Shown here in pieces: positions 17,037 through 23,116 of a stretch of DNA of 48,579 nt. This stretch comes from a virus (lineage: Duplodnaviria; Caudoviricetes). Within the stretch, counting starts at the first letter, position 1. Each line of letters opens with the position of its first letter. Both the position numbers and the translations under genes were made by a program. A model generated the notes under the pieces. That model was not told the DNA's origin, searched no databases, and saw only the letters and a program-made list of their open reading frames with translations. The stretch covers positions 1-48,579 of IMG/VR virus record IMGVR_UViG_3300031949_000059; one strand, given 5' to 3'.

Positions 17037-17296
17037 TACACCTCCTCTATACACAAAACACTACTTACGGGAATCACCTCATGTATGGGTGTTCCTACAT
17101 CTGCCTGTTGAGAACCAAAGCCCTGCCTTGGGTATTGTCCCTTAACCACATATGCCGGGAACCCATTGTAATCCTCATCAAGCCACGCATACACACGGCG
17201 AATACTATGTTCCTTTATCACCACACCAGCGCTATCAGCATGTCTACTAATCACAAACCTGTATGGTGTTCCTGTCTTTAGCTGGTTACTGTTCAT
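17036..17296 (-). CDS. Hypothetical early protein
   Basis: AAGGAG RBS; ATGA coupling at MNSNQL. Confidence 0.55.
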   Translation of the reverse strand: MNSNQLKTGTPYRFVISRHADSAGVVIKEHSIRRVYAWLDEDYNGFPAYVVKGQYPRQGFGSQQADVGTPIHEVIPVSSVLCIEEV

Positions 17297-17613
17297 GCTG
17301 CCTGCTCCTTGTCTATTATAGCAAAACCGCAAGCCTCTAACGCCTGCTCTAACGATTGTGAAAAGCCATCTATATCATCACACGCATAGGTAGGCGCAGG
17401 TACCCGGAGGAGTTTACGCATATAGCTATGGGTTAGGGTATACCCGTCCCATGCATAACAGTTGCCATCATCATCCCAAAATGTGCGGATAACAGGTACT
17501 CTACGTTTTAATGCCTCAACCTGTTCCCTCGACGGGTTACGATACACCCTTATGCCTTCACCATTTTGATATACCGTAAGAACCTTCCTAGACTCTTTCA
17601 TGATAAGCCCCAT
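17293..17613 (-). CDS. Hypothetical early protein
   Basis: AAGGGGG RBS; abuts the kinase stop. Confidence 0.6.
   Translation of the reverse strand: MGLIMKESRKVLTVYQNGEGIRVYRNPSREQVEALKRRVPVIRTFWDDDGNCYAWDGYTLTHSYMRKLLRVPAPTYACDDIDGFSQSLEQALEACGFAIIDKEQAA
17452..17467 (-). promoter_or_regulatory. Candidate sigma54 -24/-12 motif (intragenic)
   Basis: TGGCAACTGTTATGCA, exact GG-N10-GC spacing. Confidence 0.35.
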
Positions 17614-18126
17614 TTAAAAATCCCCCTTGTTGCACAGTACATCAGTCATTACTGGTTGGGTCCCACGTAGCATAATATTATCTTTATGTACATCAAAGAA
17701 GATGCCTGTGCATTCGGCGGCGATACTCTGCAAAAAGGCCACGGCACGCTCAAGTGTGTCTTTATTGCTGGGTAGTGGCACAGTGGTGTTTAGTATACTA
17801 TGAAATGCTATAACTAACTCGGCCTGAGCTTTAGGTAACGCCTTAAGCAGTTCCATAGATACTAATACGTGGTCGCCATCATTCACATTTGTTACACTGT
17901 AAATAACAGGAAGAAACGGGTTTTGTTCTGTTTGCTCTGACAGGTTGACTAGGAACTGCATATAGGCACTATCTGCTTTGTGTATTATCTTGTATGCCCG
18001 CCGCCCATCGGCTGATTTATACACGGAAGCAAATGTGCCACTACCTAGATAATTACTGTCATCATTTGTCAATGAGTCTAACAGGATGACCGCACTGCTA
18101 CATCTAATATCCCTAATCGGAAACAT
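17614..18126 (-). CDS. Protein kinase-like enzyme (T7 gp0.7-like)
   Basis: Gly loop LGSGTFASVY, AYK, MELL hinge, DVHKDN catalytic loop, TD metal-binding loop; GGAGG RBS. Confidence 0.8.
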   Translation of the reverse strand: MFPIRDIRCSSAVILLDSLTNDDSNYLGSGTFASVYKSADGRRAYKIIHKADSAYMQFLVNLSEQTEQNPFLPVIYSVTNVNDGDHVLVSMELLKALPKAQAELVIAFHSILNTTVPLPSNKDTLERAVAFLQSIAAECTGIFFDVHKDNIMLRGTQPVMTDVLCNKGDF

Positions 18127-18157
18127 AACATCCTCCTAGTGTTTCGTACGATACAAG

Positions 18158-18198
18158 TAACCCATCACTGCCCGCTGTCACCGGGCAGTAGTTGATTA
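18158..18198 (-). other. Conserved intergenic hairpin, copy 1 (RNase III site-like)
   Basis: TAATC-AACT-ACTGCCCG-GTGACAG-CGGGCAGT-GATG-GGTTA; covaries with the copy at 18713. Confidence 0.6.
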
Positions 18199-18372
18199 TC
18201 TGTGACAGATACCCGCATCAATCAGTGCCGCTGCTGTCTGGCCATAACTGCCCTGTAAAGACCATACTAGACCATTGCTGATTATATGCTGGAACCCTTC
18301 AATAATATCTTCGTCGGATAGTTCCCCGTCCTCATATGCTAGGAAAAAACTGACTTCATCAAACTTGTCCAT
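18196..18372 (-). CDS. 58-aa DUF7417-like early protein (not in ORF track)
   Basis: AGGAGG RBS; W.LQG.YG..A..LIDAG motif. Confidence 0.7.
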   Translation of the reverse strand: MDKFDEVSFFLAYEDGELSDEDIIEGFQHIISNGLVWSLQGSYGQTAAALIDAGICHR

Positions 18373-18386
18373 GATAGACCTCCTGT

Positions 18387-18488
18387 TTAAAACTTTGGAA
18401 CGGTTAAAAGAACGTGCAGGCCATATGCCAATAATCCAGCAATTAGTATGGCAAACACAGTTAGAAAAACAACCTCAATGGTTCTCAT
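18387..18488 (-). CDS. 33-aa membrane peptide (not in ORF track)
   Basis: ATGA coupling; MRTIEVVFLTVFAILIAGLLAYGLHVLLTVPKF. Confidence 0.5.
   Translation of the reverse strand: MRTIEVVFLTVFAILIAGLLAYGLHVLLTVPKF
18415..18430 (-). promoter_or_regulatory. Candidate sigma54 -24/-12 promoter
   Basis: TGGCATATGGCCTGCA; predicted start ~20 nt upstream of the RBS of 18196-18372. Confidence 0.5.
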
Positions 18489-18652
18489 AATATCTCACCG
18501 GCAATAATCCGCTGGATTGTCAAATACAACCCAAGGGCAGTTTTATTTCCTATTGTGGTAGGGTACCGCCCATGCTCATCTAATTTTAAACCCAGCACAA
18601 GGGCTATGTTCTCCCCCGCCTTCGTCTGTTCATTTGTGGTTAGCTTGTCCAT
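18485..18652 (-). CDS. 55-aa early protein (not in ORF track)
   Basis: AGGAGGTG RBS; MDKLTTNEQ...GRYPTTIGNKTALGLYLTIQRII. Confidence 0.65.
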   Translation of the reverse strand: MDKLTTNEQTKAGENIALVLGLKLDEHGRYPTTIGNKTALGLYLTIQRIIAGEIL

Positions 18653-18665
18653 GATCACCTCCTAT

Positions 18666-18682
18666 GTGTCAATTAGTGCCAC
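18666..18682. promoter_or_regulatory. 17-bp dyad box GTGNC-N7-GNCAC, copy 3
   Basis: GTGTCAATTAGTGCCAC, intergenic; matches the boxes at 19758 and 19779. Confidence 0.5.
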
Positions 18683-18712
18683 ACGTTCCCAGTTAGTTCC
18701 ATAGCCCTGTAA

Positions 18713-18755
18713 ATAATCCGTCACTGCCATCTGTCACATGGCAGGAACTGATTAT
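18713..18755 (-). other. Conserved intergenic hairpin, copy 2
   Basis: ATAATC-AGTTC-CTGCCAT-GTGACAG-ATGGCAG-TGACG-GATTAT. Confidence 0.6.
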
Positions 18756-19378
18756 ATGTCCGCTGGCATTGTTATCTGACAGTCGCCACAAACCAATGTG
18801 CTATACGGCTTTGCCCATGCATTCAACCCACACGATGGACACAGATACTTTGTTTTACTCTCAGCCTTGGGTTTAGTTGTGAGCTTGTTCTTTGCCCAAA
18901 GGTCAATCAAAAGGGTATCAAACCCGGCTTCAAGGAAAGCATCCACTACAATATCAAATTTACCATCTTTCTCAATATAGTGTGATACCTTTTGCCCGGT
19001 CTTCTTGCCTCCTGCTGCACCTGTGCTGGATGGGATGAGGCCAATAGCCTCCATAAGCGCACCCCACGCCTTATCATGATAGCCCTTGCGTGTGGGCTTC
19101 CCGAAGCAATCCTGTTGCAAGTGACACATTTCATGGGCAAGGGTAGATAAGATAGCCTTGCTATCCCGGTCAAAGTAATCCGGGTTAAGGGAAATCTCAT
19201 TGCATACCACATTGCCTTCCTTATCCCCAAACCGTTCATGGGCATGATACCCATAACAGTTTTTCTTCCGTTGCAGGGTAATCAAGCAACCCGGCAAATG
19301 GCCAGCGAATAGTAGCTTGTTAAAATTGTCATACGCCGCCTGTAGCGCATCATATGTTGTCTTCGTTGGGGTATTCAT
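18752..19378 (-). CDS. SprT-like zinc metalloprotease
   Basis: FN..LF...LP, HEMCH, YHDKAW, C-terminal CPSC...CGDC Zn ribbon. Confidence 0.85.
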   Translation of the reverse strand: MNTPTKTTYDALQAAYDNFNKLLFAGHLPGCLITLQRKKNCYGYHAHERFGDKEGNVVCNEISLNPDYFDRDSKAILSTLAHEMCHLQQDCFGKPTRKGYHDKAWGALMEAIGLIPSSTGAAGGKKTGQKVSHYIEKDGKFDIVVDAFLEAGFDTLLIDLWAKNKLTTKPKAESKTKYLCPSCGLNAWAKPYSTLVCGDCQITMPADI

Positions 19379-19389
19379 ATCAGCCTCAC

Positions 19390-19632
19390 TTAATCGTGTT
19401 GAACACGGATAAACTCTGTGACAGGGTGCGCTTGCCAAAGGTTCCCGGCGAATACCCGGAACCCCTCATAAACATGCACGTTTCGTAACTGGTGAGCACG
19501 AATATGGCCTTGAGCTACATGCATGTCCAGATTGATATGACGGGCATCCAGCTTGTACACTGCATCACTGCCTAATGCCTCACCAACACTGTCATCCAGC
19601 TTGCGGTCATATAACTGTATAAACGAGTTCAT
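19390..19632 (-). CDS. First early gene, hypothetical protein
   Basis: AGGAG RBS before MNSFIQ; EALGSD.V..LDAR motif. Confidence 0.65.
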   Translation of the reverse strand: MNSFIQLYDRKLDDSVGEALGSDAVYKLDARHINLDMHVAQGHIRAHQLRNVHVYEGFRVFAGNLWQAHPVTEFIRVQHD

Positions 19633-19700
19633 AATATTCTCCTGTTGTATGGTACGAAACAATCCTAAGACTTGGGTATATCCGCTACATCCAGATAGTA

Positions 19701-19716
19701 AGCAGTAACCATGCCA
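19701..19716 (-). promoter_or_regulatory. sigma54 -24/-12 promoter (proximal)
   Basis: TGGCATGGTTACTGCT vs consensus TGGCACG-N4-TTGCW; upstream of the first early gene. Confidence 0.65.
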
Positions 19717-19757
19717 TGCCCTAACCCCATATTCCTATGTTGCCCTACTCCGGGTAT

Positions 19758-19795
19758 GTGCCGCAGTTTGTCACTTTAGTGCCCATAATTGTCAC
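19758..19795. promoter_or_regulatory. Tandem 17-bp dyad boxes (putative enhancer/operator)
   Basis: GTGCC-GCAGTTT-GTCAC and GTGCC-CATAATT-GTCAC, 21 bp apart. Confidence 0.6.
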
Positions 19796-19799
19796 CGCT

Positions 19800-19815
19800 A
19801 GCAATACCCATGCCA
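19800..19815 (-). promoter_or_regulatory. sigma54 -24/-12 promoter (distal)
   Basis: TGGCATGGGTATTGCT, one mismatch from consensus. Confidence 0.7.
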
Positions 19816-19883
19816 TGCATTATGGTACATGGTTAGAGTATGGAATGATGCAGTATAGTGCATAGAACAGGGGAATACCTAAG

Positions 19884-19932
19884 GTAGGGTAGTGGCTTGA
19901 CCCCCAAGATAATGGATTGTAGCGCATCCTAG
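19884..19932. repeat. Bipartite motif, inverted relative to the copy at 104-152
   Basis: GTAGGGTAG-N19-ATG(G/C)ATTGTAGC(G/T)CATCCTAG in both copies. Confidence 0.7.
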
Positions 19933-20392
19933 TGTGTTCTAGCCCCAGTGATTGGGTAGTAGCAGGTTCATTTAGCCTATAAGATAGGATGTTAAGTTTA
20001 TCTAGTCCATTGATTAGACGTATTGGGTAAGTAGCACACCTCCAAATGTATATACACCCAGTATATACCTAAGTATACACACCATGTATATACGTCCCTG
20101 TCTCTTCGAGTCTGCCCTCATGTCTGGTCTATCTGGGTTTGGTGTGGCACTACCCCGAGCGGGGGGTAGGGGAGGGGGCAAAAGAAAAAACTTCAACACA
20201 CTTTATGGCCCACTCACATTATTTTTTAGAAAATCACCTTTTAGGTCAGATCAATTTAAAGGGGCTACAACAGATTTATTCACCAGTTAAGCTACCCATG
20301 TAGCGGAGACAGCATACAAATGGATTGTAGACCCCTTCTGACGCTTCCTAGACCCATTCAGGATACTGTCAGACAACCCATACTAAGCTGTC

Positions 20393-20412
20393 CTCCCCGG
20401 AACGGGAGGTTT
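20393..20412 (+). terminator. Possible terminator hairpin
   Basis: CCTCCC-CGGAAC-GGGAGG followed by TTT. Confidence 0.4.
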
Positions 20413-20420
20413 AATCTAAG

Positions 20421-20560
20421 CATTATATTTATATTAGTATTATATTATATTATATATATATATATTATATATATTCTAGTATAACTATAAGTTTCTAATA
20501 TCCCCTAAAGGGATATATAAATTAGTATTATATTATATTATATATTATATTATACTTAAA
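20421..20560. other. Extremely AT-rich region with direct repeats flanking a palindrome (candidate origin/late control region)
   Basis: ATTAGTATTATATTATATTATATA at 20433 and 20521; ATATCCC-CTAAA-GGGATAT at 20498-20516. Confidence 0.5.
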
Positions 20561-20791
20561 GTTTTAAAGGGTAACAGAATAGAAAAGAAAAAGCAAGAAC
20601 ATTTTCCTGATAGAGCGACAAAGGAGCGATTAGTTTTTGATTGGGGAACTTATTACTGAGTCTGTTGTCTAAGATATATCACGAGAACAGAAATAACTTC
20701 TGTCGGAGTGAAGCTACCAGATGCCCCCGAAGAGAATAACAAAAGCATACAGGGGGTTACTGGACAAAGTTAAAGTAACTTATACAGATAC

Positions 20792-20874
20792 AGATGTTAT
20801 CTTGTTGGGGACACGAAGCAGTCTGTAAAACTGTGGCTCCGGCAGGCTTGGTTTGATACCAAGAACATCCACCA
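20792..20874 (+). tRNA. tRNA-Tyr(GTA), atypical or degenerate
   Basis: Anticodon arm GCAGT-CTGTAAA-ACTGT, long variable arm, T arm CTTGG-TTTGATA-CCAAG, acceptor (A)GATGTT/AACATC(C), encoded ACCA. Confidence 0.75.
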
Positions 20875-20969
20875 GACAAAAGGCCGCTATGCCTGCCTTT
20901 CCCTGTAACAGTTCGTGAAGAGACTGTGGGGTTCCGGGCATAGCACTCATTTAGATAGGATTGAATACA

Positions 20970-21620
20970 ATGGCTTTTGCAGAAGACAGCAAACATACCC
21001 ACCCAGATAAGATTACAGATTATGTGCTTGATGGGAAACGGGTAACTATTACAAAAGCCGAAGGGAAGCCTCCAAAGTTCCGCAACCCCAAGTTCTGGTC
21101 ACAGGCCAAGAAGATTGAGGCGTGTTCCCTGTACTGCGTACTGGGAGATATGAAACAAGTCAGTGAGTTATCCAAGGTTCCTGAGAAAGAACTTCAAAAG
21201 TGGAGGACAGAGACTTGGTGGGCAGAAGTACAGCGCAAGATAATGATAGAGCAGAACGATGGTTTATTGAGTAAAATCAATAACACAATAGAGCAAGCTC
21301 TAGTAATGCTTGAAGACCGCATCCTAAATGGTGACTGTGTATACCTTTCTGAGAAAATAGGAAAAGATGGAGACCTTATTTCAGAAGAAAAAACAGTAAG
21401 AGTTCCGGTAAAAGCAAGGGACTTATCGCAGATATTTCATGCAATGTCTCACCAACGGAACCTAATGCGTGGAGACCCAACGCAAATATCGGCTTCTGCT
21501 GCAACAACAGAGGAAAAGCTGCTCTTGCTAAGAAGTCACTTTAAGTCTTTTGCGCAAGGCAATGTAATTGAAGGGGAAGTTCACCAAATAGAAGAGGCAG
21601 AGCAGCATGACCCCGAGTGA
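20970..21620 (+). CDS. terS: Terminase small subunit
   Basis: HTH-like segment (W...WW), helical oligomerisation region, immediately upstream of and overlapping terL. Confidence 0.7.
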   Translation: MAFAEDSKHTHPDKITDYVLDGKRVTITKAEGKPPKFRNPKFWSQAKKIEACSLYCVLGDMKQVSELSKVPEKELQKWRTETWWAEVQRKIMIEQNDGLLSKINNTIEQALVMLEDRILNGDCVYLSEKIGKDGDLISEEKTVRVPVKARDLSQIFHAMSHQRNLMRGDPTQISASAATTEEKLLLLRSHFKSFAQGNVIEGEVHQIEEAEQHDPE

Positions 21621-23115
21621 GCTACAGGGCTTTATTGGCTCTATGCTTATTGGCCGGTATGATGAGCCTACCCCAATACCGGACTGCCACCTTGAGTGGT
21701 GGGAAATGTTCTGCTCAGACTCACGGCTGGTAAGTATTGCCGCCCCACGCGACCACGCCAAGACTACCGCCCTGACACAGGGGTATGGTTTGGCTAAACT
21801 GCTTTTCCGGGAATCAGATTTTGCCTTTGTCGTGTCGGACACAGAGGAACAGGCTGCTGAATTTGTTGTGGGCATGGGCCTAGCCATAAAAGAGAACAAA
21901 GAATTATGGGATATTTTTGATATTTCCAAGTTTGAGAAGGATACAGAGACCGACATCATTGTGTCCTTTACAGATGGGGCCAAGTTTAGGATAGTAGCTC
22001 GGGGTGTTGGTCAGAAAGTACGGGGATACAAGTGGGGGGAGAAGCGTCCCAACCTGATTCTGATTGATGACCTTGAAAATGACAAGAATGTTATCACAAG
22101 AGAGCAAAGGCAGCGCCTTAAAAAGTGGGTGAATGGGGCCTTGGTGCCATGCCGGTCGAAATCTGGGCTAGTACGGGCTGTGGGAACCATTATCCATGCA
22201 GACTCGTGGTTAGCCAGCACAATGCCAAAGGAGGCATCACCGTTTACCAAGGTGACCCCCCTGAGAACAACGACCTCTCGGAAAGTTAATGGGTGGTATT
22301 CAGCCCTGTATAGGGCACACCCAGCAATAAGTGACTACTCACAGATTCTGTGGCCGGAACATCATGATGCAGAGTATTTTAAGGGTGAGTATGCCAGATT
22401 ATCAGAGGATGGTGACACAGACCTGTACTCGGCTGAGAACTTGAACCAGCCAATAGACGATACAAACGCCTATTTTAGGGCTACCGACCTTGTGGACTTC
22501 CCAGCAGGAACCAGAGAACGGATAACCTCAGGGGAATTAGCACTAAATTATTACTCCGCTGCGGATTTTGCAATATCAGTGGCAGAGCGAGCCGACTACA
22601 CAGCTATTCTGACTGTTGGGGTAGATACCACCGGGCAGTTATATTTGGTGGATATTCGCCGTGACAGGTTTGGCCCAGATGAAACAATAACACAGATTTT
22701 TTCAGTAGAGAAGGCATATCACCCAGCCCTATTTCTTGTTGAAAAGGGAACACTAGCACACTCCATGGGTGCCGCCCTCAACAAGGAAATGGAAAAGCAG
22801 CGAACATACCCAGCCCTTGAGCCAATGAAGACAGCAGGGGACAAAAGAGCCAAGGCAAGGGGCATACAGAAGGTCATGCGCGGTGGTGGTCTGTACGTGG
22901 ATAAGCAGGCTGAGTGGTATCCAGCCTTTTCAGATGAACTGCTACGGTTTGACCGGGGCAGGAATGATGACCAAGTAGATGCTCTTGCTCTTTTCGGTTT
23001 GAAGTTGGATGAACTGGTAGATGCACCCACAAGTGAAGAGCAGGCAGATGACGAGTGGGACGAAGAGTACATGCAAGACCAACGAGAGGGTCGAAACCCG
23101 GTGACCGGCTACTAA
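21607..23115 (+). CDS. terL: Terminase large subunit
   Basis: Walker A APRDHAKTT, Walker B LILIDD, VGT coupling motif, RNase H-like D.A..D..A and DDQVDA. Confidence 0.93.
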   Translation: MTPSELQGFIGSMLIGRYDEPTPIPDCHLEWWEMFCSDSRLVSIAAPRDHAKTTALTQGYGLAKLLFRESDFAFVVSDTEEQAAEFVVGMGLAIKENKELWDIFDISKFEKDTETDIIVSFTDGAKFRIVARGVGQKVRGYKWGEKRPNLILIDDLENDKNVITREQRQRLKKWVNGALVPCRSKSGLVRAVGTIIHADSWLASTMPKEASPFTKVTPLRTTTSRKVNGWYSALYRAHPAISDYSQILWPEHHDAEYFKGEYARLSEDGDTDLYSAENLNQPIDDTNAYFRATDLVDFPAGTRERITSGELALNYYSAADFAISVAERADYTAILTVGVDTTGQLYLVDIRRDRFGPDETITQIFSVEKAYHPALFLVEKGTLAHSMGAALNKEMEKQRTYPALEPMKTAGDKRAKARGIQKVMRGGGLYVDKQAEWYPAFSDELLRFDRGRNDDQVDALALFGLKLDELVDAPTSEEQADDEWDEEYMQDQREGRNPVTGY

Positions 23116-23116
23116 A

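Noticed and set aside
18138-19662. TAT(C/G)GTACGAAACA at ~18140 (minus) and ~19648 (plus) as a hammerhead core or operator
   Set aside because: No CUGANGA partner nearby; only two copies, in opposite orientation, so too weak to call
20145-20160. TGGCACTACCCCGAGC as a plus-strand sigma54 promoter
   Set aside because: GG-to-GC spacing is 11 nt rather than the required 10
19950-20300. Short ORFs 20014-20199 and 20084-20290
   Set aside because: No convincing RBS, they overlap G-tracts and dyads, and the region looks regulatory
20686-20765. c-di-GMP riboswitch upstream of the tRNA
   Set aside because: Hairpins are present, but the class I features (GNRA tetraloop/receptor, GCAAA elements) and a class II kink-turn pattern were not found
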